From: Rhodothermales bacterium
GTDB taxonomy: Bacteria > Bacteroidota > Rhodothermia > Rhodothermales > VXPQ01
Direction: 5' to 3'
DNA: 64,000 nt
Assembly (NCBI GenBank): GCA_040904565.1
Contig: JBBDTI010000054.1
Coordinates: 51,524-115,523, forward strand
Of the stretch, positions 39,520 to 50,281 are shown piece after piece. The notes under the pieces are model-generated. The model saw only the letters and a program-made list of their open reading frames with translations, did not search any database and was not told where the DNA came from. Position 1 is the stretch's first letter. Each line of letters opens with the position of its first letter. Position numbers and translations under genes: made by a program.

Positions 39520-40961
39520 GCCACCCATCCACAGTCAGATCAACCATGCGTTCTTTTTGCCGCCTGACCTCATCGCTCGCCGCCTGTGTCATCGCAGCTT
39601 TCCTCGCCGTCGGATCGTCCGCCGCCCAGCCGGCGGATGCCCCCAACATCCTGGTCCTGATAGCCGACGACGCGGGGTGGAACGATTTCGGCGCGTACGG
39701 CCATCCGTCCATCCGTACGCCCAACATCGACCGGCTCGCCGCCTCCGGACTCAAAGTGGAGCATGCGTTCCTGACCGTGGCCCAATGCAGTCCGTCGCGC
39801 ATCTCCATCCTTACAGGCCGGTATCCGCACCAGACGGGCGCCGAAGACCTGCACATGCCGCTGCCGGACAGCCTCCGGATCGTGCCGGGTTACCTTGACG
39901 AAACCGGGTACTTTACGGGGCACTTGCGCAAGACGCACTACGGTCCGAACGGCAACGCGCAGTTCGACTGGTATTCGGAGGCGGCGGACGACGACTTTAC
40001 GGACTTCGAGGGATTTCTGGATGAAGCCGGCGGCGCGCCCTTTTTCATGTGGGTCGGCTTCACGGATCCCCATCGTGGGTACGGCGACGCGCCGCCGGTG
40101 CATCAACCGTCGGACGTGCGCGTGCCGCCGTACCTGGTCGACGACGTACCGACGCGGCGTGATCTGGCTCGATACTACGACGAGATCGGGCGCATGGATG
40201 GGCAGATCGGTTATTTTCTGGATGTCCTCGAAGCGCGCGGATTGCGCGAGAATACGCTCGTGGTATTTCTGTCCGATAACGGGCGCCCCTTTCCGCGCGA
40301 TAAAGGCACGGTCTATGACGGGGGCATCCGGACGCCGCTGATCTTTTCCTGGCCGGATGTAATTCCTGCGGGATCGTCCTACGACGCCGGTATGGTGAGC
40401 GTCATCGACCTGGCTCCGACGTGGCTCGACGTGGCCGGAATCGACACGCCCGGCCAGATGCTGGGCGAGAGCCTGCGACCGATGTTTGCCGACCAGAGTG
40501 TGCCTGGACGAGCCCACGTCTTCGCGGAGCGCAACTGGCACGATACGGACGAGCATATCCGTGCGGTGCGGACCGATCGCTACAAGCTCGTGCGGAATGC
40601 GTACGTACAGCTGCCTCATGGTACGCCTGCCGACCTGGGAGGCAGCCCCTCCTTCCGCAGTCTCATCCGCAAGAAGAATCGGGGCGAGCTCACGCCGGCC
40701 CAGGCCCGCCTGTTCGAGGCGCCGCGTCCGCGGATCGAGTTCTACGATCTGGAGAAGGATCCCTTCGAACTAGACAACGTCGCGGCGCACGCCGACTACT
40801 GGCAGACGGCCCGCGAACTGGCGGCCGTTCTCGACGAATGGATCGACGAGACGAACGACTTTCCTCCGCACGTTCGCGTGCGCGACGACCACACGGACCG
40901 CATGACGGGCGTGTGGTTCACCCCGGAGATTCCGCCGCTGCGGAACGCGGAGTGGCCGTAA
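39516..40961 (+). CDS. Sulfatase (S1, sulfamidase-like)
   Basis: 'PNILVLIADD', Cys-type 'CSPSRISILTGRY', 'SDNG', 'EFYDLEKDPFE'; start at ATGA overlap 39516 or at 39546. Confidence 0.92.
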   Translation: MSHPSTVRSTMRSFCRLTSSLAACVIAAFLAVGSSAAQPADAPNILVLIADDAGWNDFGAYGHPSIRTPNIDRLAASGLKVEHAFLTVAQCSPSRISILTGRYPHQTGAEDLHMPLPDSLRIVPGYLDETGYFTGHLRKTHYGPNGNAQFDWYSEAADDDFTDFEGFLDEAGGAPFFMWVGFTDPHRGYGDAPPVHQPSDVRVPPYLVDDVPTRRDLARYYDEIGRMDGQIGYFLDVLEARGLRENTLVVFLSDNGRPFPRDKGTVYDGGIRTPLIFSWPDVIPAGSSYDAGMVSVIDLAPTWLDVAGIDTPGQMLGESLRPMFADQSVPGRAHVFAERNWHDTDEHIRAVRTDRYKLVRNAYVQLPHGTPADLGGSPSFRSLIRKKNRGELTPAQARLFEAPRPRIEFYDLEKDPFELDNVAAHADYWQTARELAAVLDEWIDETNDFPPHVRVRDDHTDRMTGVWFTPEIPPLRNAEWP

Positions 40962-41027
40962 ACGGTTGTCCGCACTACCGGCACGCTCCGCATGTGAGCA
41001 ACCCTCTCTGAACAAGATGACCACCTC

Positions 41028-43787
41028 TTGATGCCCAGACCCGTTCGCCTCATCCTCTACATCGTCGTACCGCTCATCTTGCTGAGCGCGTCCACGAGTT
41101 CGATCATGGAGTGGCTCTGGATGAGCCAGCTGGGGTACGAGGGCGTTTTTTGGACCCTTAAGGTGGCCAAGTTCGCACTCAGCCTCGTCGCTTTCGTCGT
41201 TGGAAGCATCTTCCTCGTGTGGAATGCGCGCTTGCTGGCCGACCAGTTGCGGTGGGCCAATTTTGCGGGAACGCCGCTTCAGCAGGCAAATATCGACCTG
41301 GGCAATCCCGTGCAGCACCGCCGTGCGAAGCAGATCTTGACGGGTGCCGCACTGCTCGTCGCGCTGTTGTTCGCACTAGGATTTTATTTGAGCTGGGATG
41401 CCTCCCTTCGCTTTCTCTGGAACGAACCCTTCGGACAGGTCGATCCGATTTTCGGCAAGGATATCGGCTACTATATGTTCAGGCTTCCGTTCTGGGAGCT
41501 CGTCCAGACGTCATTTACGGTCCTCGTTTTCCTTGCCATCGTATTTCTCGGAGGCGTTTATGCGGTAACGCGGCTCATAGAGTATCGTCCGGGTGAGGGC
41601 ATCCGCGCACGACCGGCCGTCATCAACCAGCTCAAGATGAATGCGGCGCTGTGGCTCGTGCTGCTCGCGGGTGGACTTTTCCTCGATCGATACCAGATCC
41701 TGTTTTCTCCGCAAGGTATCATCTTCGGTGCGGGCTACGCCGACGTACACGTGGTGCTGCCGGCATTGTACATCATGCTGGCACTTGTCGTCGTGCTGGC
41801 CGGGCTCCTCTTCGTCAGCCGCTGGAAGCGCGTCGGGAAGCTGATTCCGATTACGGCCGTGCTGCTTGGGTTGGCCTGGGTTCTCGGCCGCGTGCTGCTT
41901 CCCGGAGCCGTTCAGCAGTTTCGCGTCGCACCGAACGAACTCGAGCTGGAAAGACCCTATCTCGAGCATAACATCAGCATGACCCGCCTCGCGTACGACC
42001 TGCACAACGTCAGGGAGGTCGATTACGAGGCAGACGACACGCTTACGGTCGACGACATCCAGAATAACCGCGACGCCATCGACAACATTCGTCTTTGGGA
42101 TCCGCGGCTGCTCATCCAGACCTACAAGCAGCTGCAGGAGATTCGCAGCTACTACGAATTTTACAACGTCGACAACGATCGTTACGTCTACGACGGGAGC
42201 GTCAATCAGGTCATGCTGTCGGCCCGCGAGATCTCTACCGACCTCCCCGGCGACGTCAGCAACTGGGTGAACAGCAAGCTGCAGTTCACGCACGGTTACG
42301 GGATGACCATGAGCCCGGTTACCGAGACCAACCAGCAGGGTGAGCCGTCCCTCATCATCCGAGATCTCCCTCCTACCTACGACTATCCGGAGCTGGAGGT
42401 CGACAATCCGGCCATCTATTACGGCGAGCAGAGCGGAGACTATTACATCGTCAACACGGGGATCTCGGAGCTGGACTTCCCCAGCGGCGATGAAAACGCA
42501 TACACGCGGTACGCCGGGCAGGGAGGGATTCCCTTTTCGACCTGGTTTCACAAGCTCCTCTTCGCATGGGAGCTCGGCGACATCAACATCCTGCTCTCCG
42601 ATTACATCCAGCCGGAAAGCCGCCTGCAGATCTGGCGCGGAGTGCAGGACCGCATCCGCCGCATCACGCCGTTTTTGCGCCTCGACAGCGATCCGTACCT
42701 CGTTCTGAGCAGCGGGCGCCTGTACTGGATTCAGGACGCCTATACGACCTCGAACAAGTTTCCTTATTCGCAGCCGTTTCAGGGTTTCAATTACATCCGA
42801 AACTCCGTCAAGATCGTCGTCGACGCCTATGAAGGGTCGGTCGATTATTACGTTATCGACGAGGAAGACCCCGTCCTGCAGGTCTACGAGTCCATCTTCC
42901 CGAACCTGTTCAAGTCGCGCAGCGAGCTGCCGGACCAGCTCGAGCGCCAGTTCCGCTATCCGCAGGACCTGTTCGAAGTACAGCTGCAGCGGTTCAACCG
43001 CTACCACATGACGAGCCCGCAGGTCTTCTACAACAACGAGGACCTCTGGACGCGCCCGATGGAGAAGTACGGCGGCCAGCAGATCCTCATGGAGCCGTAC
43101 TACGTCCTCGCACGCCTACCCGTTGACGAGCCTAGCGAGCCTACGGTCGTTCCCGCGTCGGTCAACGGTGACCGCGCGAACCTCGAATTCATGCTTATCA
43201 GTCCGCTTACCCCAGAGAATCGCGACAACATGATCGCCTGGATGGCGGCTAAATCGGATCCGGAGGTGTACGGTGATCTCGTCGTGTACAAGCTGCCCAA
43301 GCAGCGCCTCATTTACGGCCCCGCGCAGATCGAGGCCCGTATCGATCAGGATCCTGAGATCTCCCAGCAGCTGGCGCTGTGGGACCAGCGGGGGTCGCGC
43401 GTGATTCGCGGTAATCTGATGATCATTCCGGTCGAGAGCTCTTTCCTCTATGTGGAGCCCGTCTTTCTGCTCGCCGAAGGCGTGGATATCCCCCAGCTCC
43501 AGCGCGTCATCGTGGCCATCGGAGACGACATCGCGATGGAGCCGACGCTCGACGAGGCGCTGTTTGAACTCTTCGGGGACGTCGCCGCGCCGCTTGCGCC
43601 GGAGCGGGCGCTGCAGCAGGGAATGCCCGTGGCCCCGCCCGATTCGGTCGTTCAGGTGGTCTCTAACGAAGAGCTCGAGCGCGTCCGAGAACTCTGGAGC
43701 GAGCTGCGCCAGGCGTTCGAATCGGGAGACTGGACCCGGTACGGCGAAGTGATGGGTGAGATCGACGGCGAAATCGGGGAAAATTAG
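41028..43787 (+). CDS. UPF0182 family membrane protein
   Basis: 'DPIFGKDIGYYMFRLP', 'NIRLWD', 'FTHGYG', 'NYIRNSVK', 'FRYPQDLF', 'VIRGNL', 'LYVEPVFL'. Confidence 0.93.
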   Translation: MMPRPVRLILYIVVPLILLSASTSSIMEWLWMSQLGYEGVFWTLKVAKFALSLVAFVVGSIFLVWNARLLADQLRWANFAGTPLQQANIDLGNPVQHRRAKQILTGAALLVALLFALGFYLSWDASLRFLWNEPFGQVDPIFGKDIGYYMFRLPFWELVQTSFTVLVFLAIVFLGGVYAVTRLIEYRPGEGIRARPAVINQLKMNAALWLVLLAGGLFLDRYQILFSPQGIIFGAGYADVHVVLPALYIMLALVVVLAGLLFVSRWKRVGKLIPITAVLLGLAWVLGRVLLPGAVQQFRVAPNELELERPYLEHNISMTRLAYDLHNVREVDYEADDTLTVDDIQNNRDAIDNIRLWDPRLLIQTYKQLQEIRSYYEFYNVDNDRYVYDGSVNQVMLSAREISTDLPGDVSNWVNSKLQFTHGYGMTMSPVTETNQQGEPSLIIRDLPPTYDYPELEVDNPAIYYGEQSGDYYIVNTGISELDFPSGDENAYTRYAGQGGIPFSTWFHKLLFAWELGDINILLSDYIQPESRLQIWRGVQDRIRRITPFLRLDSDPYLVLSSGRLYWIQDAYTTSNKFPYSQPFQGFNYIRNSVKIVVDAYEGSVDYYVIDEEDPVLQVYESIFPNLFKSRSELPDQLERQFRYPQDLFEVQLQRFNRYHMTSPQVFYNNEDLWTRPMEKYGGQQILMEPYYVLARLPVDEPSEPTVVPASVNGDRANLEFMLISPLTPENRDNMIAWMAAKSDPEVYGDLVVYKLPKQRLIYGPAQIEARIDQDPEISQQLALWDQRGSRVIRGNLMIIPVESSFLYVEPVFLLAEGVDIPQLQRVIVAIGDDIAMEPTLDEALFELFGDVAAPLAPERALQQGMPVAPPDSVVQVVSNEELERVRELWSELRQAFESGDWTRYGEVMGEIDGEIGEN

Positions 43788-43840
43788 GGCCCCGTTTCCG
43801 TATTGCCGCCCTTTCTACGCATGAAGCCCACCGTTCGCAC

Positions 43841-44980
43841 GTGTACAAGTACCAGGAATTCGGACGCTATTTCGCGCAGATAGCGGGAGGGACCGAGGAG
43901 TTAGGGGCCGAAGAGCTCGAGGCGCTGGGGGCGATCAACACGGCTACGGCCTACCGCGGGCTCTATTTCGACGCCGATCCCGAGGTGCTCTATCGCATCA
44001 ATTATTGCTCGCGCCTCGTTACGCGCGTCCTGGCGCCGCTCACGTCGTTCGGGTGCCACGACGAGGATTATCTCTACCGCACGGCGATGGAGGTAGACTG
44101 GAGTGATTTTCTGAACGTGGATCAGACGTTCGCCGTGTTTGCGAACGTGACCCACAGCAAGATCAGCCACTCGAAGTACGCCGCCCTGCGCCTGAAGGAT
44201 GCGATCGTGGATCAGTTCCGGGAACGTACCGGCAAGCGGCCGAGCGTCGACACGCGCGACCCGCACGTGTGGTTCAATCTCTACATCGAGAACGACCACG
44301 CCACGATCAGTGCGGGTACGTCCGGCGGATCGCTGCATCGCAGGGGATATCGGGAGCGATCCGTCGAGGCGCCGATGCAGGAGACGGTGGCGGCGGCCAT
44401 TATCCGCCTGTCGGGATGGGAGGGGGAGCGCCCGCTCCACGATCCGATGTGCGGCTCGGGCACGCTGCTCGCCGAAGCGCTGATGGCCTACTGCCGCGTG
44501 CCGGCAGCCTATCTGCGCGACGGGTTTGGATTCGAGGCGCTGCCGGATTTCGACGCGGCGCGGTGGGAACGGGTCAAGGCCGAAGCTGATGGGAAGATCC
44601 GGGAGCTTCCTCCGGATCTCATATCGGGGAGCGATGTGGATTCCGCCGCCGTGGAATCGGCGCGCATCAACCTGCGACACCTGCCCTTCGGCGACCGCGT
44701 CGCGCTTTCCACCTGCGACTTCAGGGATCTGGGTCCGCGGCACGACGTTACGCTCGTCATGAATCCACCCTACGGCGTGCGCATGGACGGCGGCGGTCGG
44801 ATCGAGAGCCTCTACCGCGATATCGGGGACTATCTCAAACAGGAATGCACCGGCTCGACCGCCTATATCTACGTGGGCAAGCCGGAGCTGCTGAAAAGCG
44901 TCGGACTGCGAACGAGCTTCAAGCGGCCGCTCGTCAACGGCGCCATGGAAGGCCGGCTCGCGAAATACGAGATGTACTGA
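43841..44980 (+). CDS. THUMP-domain RNA m2G methyltransferase (RlmL-like single module)
   Basis: 'SLHRRGYR', 'DPMCGSGT', 'NPPYG'; GTG start. Confidence 0.88.
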   Translation: MYKYQEFGRYFAQIAGGTEELGAEELEALGAINTATAYRGLYFDADPEVLYRINYCSRLVTRVLAPLTSFGCHDEDYLYRTAMEVDWSDFLNVDQTFAVFANVTHSKISHSKYAALRLKDAIVDQFRERTGKRPSVDTRDPHVWFNLYIENDHATISAGTSGGSLHRRGYRERSVEAPMQETVAAAIIRLSGWEGERPLHDPMCGSGTLLAEALMAYCRVPAAYLRDGFGFEALPDFDAARWERVKAEADGKIRELPPDLISGSDVDSAAVESARINLRHLPFGDRVALSTCDFRDLGPRHDVTLVMNPPYGVRMDGGGRIESLYRDIGDYLKQECTGSTAYIYVGKPELLKSVGLRTSFKRPLVNGAMEGRLAKYEMY

Positions 44981-45000
44981 TCGGCCGACGATCGCGTGGA

Positions 45001-45639
45001 TCAAATGCCGCCCGTCGCAAAAAGGTCGCCCTGTCGACCGCGCTCCAGCTCAAGCAGGTACTTCTTGCGCCAGAGTCCGCCCGCATACCCGGTGAGCGAC
45101 CCGTCGCTGCCGATCACGCGGTGGCAGGGGACGACGATGGCGATCGGATTGTCGCCGTTCGCACGCGCGACGGCCCGAACCGCGTCGACGTTGCCGACGG
45201 CGCGAGCCTGGAGGCCGTAGCTGCGTACCTCTCCATATGGGATCTCCGTCAGCGCCTGCCACACCCTTTTTTGAAAAGGGGTGCCCCGCAGGTAGAGCGG
45301 CACGTGAAACGTGCGTCGAGTACCCTCGAAATAGGACGCCAGCTGGTCGGACAACACGGCGGCCGCGTCGCTTCGTTCGAAGATGGCCCTACCGCCCGTC
45401 TTTCTTTCGATCTCGTCGACCTGCGCTTTCATCTCGCCGGGGCCGACCTCGTTGGAAGCCCCGTCCGCATCCGTGAACCGGAGCAGACAGACGGCCCCCC
45501 CGATCGTACCTGCCAGCATCGTCCCGATCGGCGTCTCGATGTACGAAAGCCGCACGAAGAGACCGTCTTCGGTGACCGGCTTAGAATCGCTCGTCGATGT
45601 CACATGCGTAAGGGGTCGGGTGTAGAAGGAAGGGCGCAA
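45001..45639 (-). CDS. ogt: Methylated-DNA--protein-cysteine methyltransferase
   Basis: 'GTPFQKRVWQAL', 'IPYGEVRSY', 'PCHRVIG', 'LTGYAGG'; exact start uncertain. Confidence 0.9.
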   Translation of the reverse strand: MRPSFYTRPLTHVTSTSDSKPVTEDGLFVRLSYIETPIGTMLAGTIGGAVCLLRFTDADGASNEVGPGEMKAQVDEIERKTGGRAIFERSDAAAVLSDQLASYFEGTRRTFHVPLYLRGTPFQKRVWQALTEIPYGEVRSYGLQARAVGNVDAVRAVARANGDNPIAIVVPCHRVIGSDGSLTGYAGGLWRKKYLLELERGRQGDLFATGGI

Positions 45640-45665
45640 GCGGTCAGGGCCGCGAAGACCAATCT

Positions 45666-45707
45666 ACGGAGACCATCCAACGGAGACCAGCCAACGGAGA
45701 TCACCCA
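45666..45707 (+). repeat. 14-bp tandem repeat x3 in the divergent intergenic region
   Basis: acggagaccatcca / acggagaccagcca / acggagatcaccca. Confidence 0.85.
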
Positions 45708-45865
45708 ACTATGACTGGCCACCTTAGACCGGCTTCGGACCTCCGTCCGGTCGAACCAAACCGGTGGCTTGGATGGCCACAATTTGGTATCGTAAACGAT
45801 CGCGGATTACACCGCGATAAAGGCCGTTCACTCTCCTTATCCAATCCGTTTTCGATCTATCCGAA

Positions 45866-48800
45866 ATGTGTAGAAAAGGACGCCTGACGCTTCTTCGTTT
45901 CCTTTCGAGCGGCGGGCTCGTCGCGGTGCTCGTCATGACGTCGGCCTGCGGGACGCAGCCTTCGGGCGATGCGGAACGGATTGCGCCGCTGGATACGCTG
46001 CCGTTTACGATGTCGTTTTCGATGGCGCGGGAGCCGGCCGTAGAGCTGGAAACGGATCGTGCCGCGGAGCGGGCACGTCAGGTTCGGTCTACCGTCGACG
46101 TATCGGCGGCAGCCGGACTCTCGCTGGACGTCTGGGCGACCGAGGATCTCGTGCAGGATCCCGTCGCGCTCGACGTCGATGAGGACGGTTCGGTCTACGT
46201 GACCGTCTCCAGCCGGGCGGGCGGACTCCTGGATATCCGCAATCATCCCACCTGGCGTCACGACGCCCTCGCCATGCAGGACGTCTACGAACACGAGGCG
46301 CACCTGAGGCGGGTCCTGGCCCCCGAGCGCAGCGACGAAAATGACTGGCTGCCGGACCACAACGGGGACGGATCGCGCGACTGGCGCGACCTCATGGTAA
46401 ATACCGAGCGCCTTTACCGGCTTACCGATCGCGACGGAGACGGCGTGGCCGATCGATCCGAGAAGCTGGTCGAAGGCTTCAACACGCCGGTGTCGGACGT
46501 GCTGGGTGGACTCCTCCTTCACGACGGCGACATCTATCTGTCCAGCGCCCCTGGACTCTACCGGCTCGTGGACGGCACGACGGACCCGAAGCCGGAGGTG
46601 TCGACCGTCAGCTGGGGCTACAACGTACATCCCGGCTTCAACGGCCACGGCATGTCCGGCGTGACGGTCGGCCCGGACGGACGCATTTACTGGGGCGTCG
46701 GTGATATGGGGTTCAGCGTGACGGCGCCGGATGGCTCGCACCACCATTATCCGAATCAGGGTGCCGTGCTGCGCTCCTTCCCGGACGGGTCCGGGTTCGA
46801 GGTGTTCGCGACCGGACTGCGCAACACCCACGAATTCGATTTCGACGATCGCGGCAATCTCATCAGCGTCGATAACGACGGCGACCATCCGGGCGAAATG
46901 GAACGCATCGTATACATCGTCGATGGATCCGACAGCGGATGGCGCGTCAACTGGCAGTTCGGAAAGTACGGCGAGGATCGAAACAACGACTACAAGGTGT
47001 GGATGGATGAGGAGCTCTTTAAGCCGCATTTCGACGGTCAGGCCGCGTATATCACGCCGCCCATCTCGAACTATCACAGCGGTCCGGCCGGGTTCGCATA
47101 CAATCCGGGCACGGCCCTCGGCGAGGAGTGGAGCGGTCACTTCTTCATGTCCGAATATACCGGATCGCCCGCGACGACGAACGTTCACGCGTTTCGCCTC
47201 GACGAACAGGGGGCGGGCTTCACGCTGGCCGAGGAGCGCGTCGCCGTCAGCGGCGTGCTTACGGTCGGAATCGGGTTCGGTCCGGATGGGGCGCTGTATC
47301 TGGCGGACTGGATCGACGGGTGGGTGTCGAAGGGATCCGGGCGCATCTGGCGACTCGACGCGTCCGATTCCCCCGGGGAGGATCGCGCGCGCACCCGGGA
47401 GCTGCTGAACGCCAACTATGACGCTGCTAGTACGGCCGAACTGTTCGACCGGCTCAACTACGACGACCTCCGGGTGCGCCGCAAGGCGCAGTTCGAGCTG
47501 GCGGCACGCGGTGACGAGGAAACGCTCCTGCGCGCCGCTCGCGAGGGCGCCAGCCTTCACGCGCGGCTGCACGGACTCTGGGGACTCTGGCAGCGTGCCC
47601 TCCTCGACGCGGCGACGGCCGAATCATTCGTTGAATTTCTGGGGGATGAGGAGGCCGAGGTGAGGGCTCAAGCAGCAAAAATACTCGGCGACGTTCGCTA
47701 CGCCCCGGCCGCGGAATCGCTCGTTCCGCGCCTCGCCGACACGTCCGCTCGCGTCCGATTTTTCGCGGCACAGGCGCTGGGCCGCATCGAGCACCGTCCC
47801 GCCTTCGAGGCCGTTGTCGCCATGCTGGCGGAGAATGATGGGAGGGACGTCTACCTGCGCCACGCCGGTGCCCTGGCTCTCGCACGCATCGGTGATGCCG
47901 GGGCTCTGGTTGCGCTCGCAGATCACGCGTCCGAAGCGGTTCGCGTCGCAGCCGTGGTGGCACTCCGCCGCATGAGACACGAAGGTGCGGCGGCATTTCT
48001 CGACGACGCGAGCGCGCACGTGGTCACCGAGGCCGCCCGGGCTATCAACGACGACGGAGGCATAGATGCAGCTATACCTGACCTGGCGGCGCTGCTCGGA
48101 GCGACGCCGCATTCCGGCGAGGCCCTGGAGCGCAGGGTGATCGGCGCCAATCTGCGCGAGGGCACGCCGGCCGCGGCGCAGCGGCTGGCTGAATTCGCCG
48201 TGGAGACGCGGCACGATGACGCGATGCGGGCGGAGGCGGTCGCCGTGCTCGGTGTGTGGCCCGAGCCGTCCGTGCTGGATCGCGTCGACGGCATCTATCT
48301 GGGTGAGGCCGAGATGGATACGTCTGCGGCACGCACGGCCGCTGCTCCGGCCATGGAGGCGCTCCTCGCCGATGCGTCGTCGACCGTACGTGAAGAGGCA
48401 GCCGTTACGGCCATGCGCCTTCGCATCGACGACGCCGTGCCGCATCTCATAGATCGCCTCGCCACGGATATCTCGGCGGACGTGCGCCTCGCGGCGTTGG
48501 AAGCGCTCGTCGTTCTCGGGACGTCGGACGACGAGGACGTGCTGCGGCTGGCGCTGGACGATCCGGAGGAGGGTGTTCGAAGGACGGCCGTGCGGCTCGT
48601 ATCCGAGGCGGATCTGGACGACGAGGTGGTTGCGGAGATCCTCGCATCCGCGATCGCCGGCGAATCTATTGAGGAGGCGCAGAGCGCGCTGGCCGTTCTT
48701 TCAGAGATGCAGTCGGAGCAGGCGCGCGCCGTGATTGCCGACCAGATGAGCCGCCTCGAGAACGTTGAGGCTGCCCGAGAACTGGAGCTCGATATTCTGA

Positions 48801-49177
48801 TGGCGGCGGAAGCGAGTGGATCCCAAACACTCGCCGAGCGAGCGGAGGCCTTCCGCGCGAGTCGCCCGCCATACCGTGCCGCTCTTTACGGGGGCAATCC
48901 GGAACGTGGGCGGAGCCTGTTCTACAACCACGACGGGGCGCAGTGTACGCGCTGCCACGGTGGGGCTGCGGAAGGGGAGAACGTAGGGCCGGATCTCGAT
49001 ACGATCGGTGCTCGGCTGGGCCGCGAGCAGCTCCTTGAGGCCCTCGTGGATCCCGCCGCCCGTATTGCACCGGGCTACGGAACACCGGGCGGCCCGTCCG
49101 CGATGCCGAGTATGGCGCAGATTCTCGCGGAAGATGAACTACGGGACCTCGTGGCCTATCTGGCCGCGATGGACTGA
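45866..49177 (+). CDS. PVC-type dehydrogenase-like propeller + HEAT repeats + C-terminal cytochrome c, predicted lipoprotein
   Basis: 'GPDGRIYW', 'GLRNTHE', 'DNDGD', HEAT repeats, 'CTRCH', 'VGPDL', 'SAMP'; lipobox 'TSAC'. Confidence 0.88.
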   Translation: MCRKGRLTLLRFLSSGGLVAVLVMTSACGTQPSGDAERIAPLDTLPFTMSFSMAREPAVELETDRAAERARQVRSTVDVSAAAGLSLDVWATEDLVQDPVALDVDEDGSVYVTVSSRAGGLLDIRNHPTWRHDALAMQDVYEHEAHLRRVLAPERSDENDWLPDHNGDGSRDWRDLMVNTERLYRLTDRDGDGVADRSEKLVEGFNTPVSDVLGGLLLHDGDIYLSSAPGLYRLVDGTTDPKPEVSTVSWGYNVHPGFNGHGMSGVTVGPDGRIYWGVGDMGFSVTAPDGSHHHYPNQGAVLRSFPDGSGFEVFATGLRNTHEFDFDDRGNLISVDNDGDHPGEMERIVYIVDGSDSGWRVNWQFGKYGEDRNNDYKVWMDEELFKPHFDGQAAYITPPISNYHSGPAGFAYNPGTALGEEWSGHFFMSEYTGSPATTNVHAFRLDEQGAGFTLAEERVAVSGVLTVGIGFGPDGALYLADWIDGWVSKGSGRIWRLDASDSPGEDRARTRELLNANYDAASTAELFDRLNYDDLRVRRKAQFELAARGDEETLLRAAREGASLHARLHGLWGLWQRALLDAATAESFVEFLGDEEAEVRAQAAKILGDVRYAPAAESLVPRLADTSARVRFFAAQALGRIEHRPAFEAVVAMLAENDGRDVYLRHAGALALARIGDAGALVALADHASEAVRVAAVVALRRMRHEGAAAFLDDASAHVVTEAARAINDDGGIDAAIPDLAALLGATPHSGEALERRVIGANLREGTPAAAQRLAEFAVETRHDDAMRAEAVAVLGVWPEPSVLDRVDGIYLGEAEMDTSAARTAAAPAMEALLADASSTVREEAAVTAMRLRIDDAVPHLIDRLATDISADVRLAALEALVVLGTSDDEDVLRLALDDPEEGVRRTAVRLVSEADLDDEVVAEILASAIAGESIEEAQSALAVLSEMQSEQARAVIADQMSRLENVEAARELELDILMAAEASGSQTLAERAEAFRASRPPYRAALYGGNPERGRSLFYNHDGAQCTRCHGGAAEGENVGPDLDTIGARLGREQLLEALVDPAARIAPGYGTPGGPSAMPSMAQILAEDELRDLVAYLAAMD

Positions 49178-49184
49178 CAGGGTG

Positions 49185-49616
49185 TCATTCTTCGTGATAG
49201 GCCTTCAGCACGAGGTATCGTGCATCGGCTCCGCCGACTTTCAGGCTGGGGTCGAATGCCCAAACCACCTGCGCGGACACGGAAAAATCAACCGTATCCA
49301 CCCCGCTGTTCGTGCTGGCCGATGAATGGATGGTGACGGACTCACCGCTGGAAATGATACGGGCTTCATAGGTCGCGCCTTCATAGTCGCCCGTCAGCTG
49401 CACGCCCGGTGGGAGAAAGGCCTCGAAGGACTCGGAGTCCTCGACGAGGCGCTTCGCTTCCGTAAAGGCTCCGAAGGCTGCGTTGCGTGTCGCAATTTCG
49501 ATCTGATCCCCGAGCGTCGTCCTGTTCGCGTCCGCCAGCGAGTCCGTCGCAACTACCTGATACGATGCCGCGGCGAGAATCAAACCGGTGACGACGAGCA
49601 GGGTTGCTTTCTCCAT
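49185..49616 (-). CDS. Hypothetical protein with N-terminal membrane anchor
   Basis: Hydrophobic N-terminus; fills the gap between genes; no family recognised. Confidence 0.6.
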   Translation of the reverse strand: MEKATLLVVTGLILAAASYQVVATDSLADANRTTLGDQIEIATRNAAFGAFTEAKRLVEDSESFEAFLPPGVQLTGDYEGATYEARIISSGESVTIHSSASTNSGVDTVDFSVSAQVVWAFDPSLKVGGADARYLVLKAYHEE

Positions 49617-49816
49617 GATGGTCTATCGGGGCCAGCCAAATGAGGTAGACGACGCACAGGCGCTGCGACGGCCGGCAGGTCTCCATGCCCAGGGGTGGCT
49701 ACCGAACCGCGCTTTGTACAGCATACGATACCGTATACGTTACAGAGCGCCTGCAAGCGTAGTATCGGCACGGCGCACGAAATCTTAAGCCGGCAACGAT
49801 AAATTCGCCGTGGTCG

Positions 49817-50197
49817 TCAGCCACCGGACACGGACTGCAAGACGGTTACGAGGGCCTGCCAGGACGCACCACCGTCGGCCGACGCGAAGACGTCACCACC
49901 CGTCGTCCGGTATACCCCCGTGTGGTCCTGCCGGTAGATGCGATCGGGGTCGTTCGGCGAACGCGCCAGGCCGTGGACGCAAAATCCGATATCGTTGCGT
50001 TCCCGGTCTGGGAGGATCTGGGTGACGCCCTCGTTGCGTGCCGCCCACGTCGCGCCGCCGTCGTCAGACCTGAAGACGCCCACCGCCGAAATGCCGCACC
50101 ATAGCCGTTCGCCGGCAGCAAGCACGACGTGCGCAGGTCGGACCCGACGAATGGAGAGAAGTACGAAGGGCGGTATGCGTTCTCCCGGCACCGCCAA
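49817..50197 (-). pseudogene. Remnant of a BNR/Asp-box (sialidase-like propeller) protein
   Basis: Asp-boxes 'FRSDDGGATW' and 'FASADGGASW' plus 'CVH', 'IYRQDHTGVYR'; far too short for a propeller, no convincing start. Confidence 0.6.
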
Positions 50198-50281
50198 GAT
50201 ACCACACGTCAGGTTATATTGGAGGGCCTACGGTGTCTGTAGTTGAAGAGGCGCTCCCGTTCATAAGACAGCGAGATACAC

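Noticed and set aside
45857-47572. 571-aa minus-strand ORF (similarly 41511..43007, 2820..4067, 16744..18102, 23172..24539, 19665..20957, 27574..28848)
   Set aside because: Each lies antisense to a gene with clear family motifs and has no recognisable domain.
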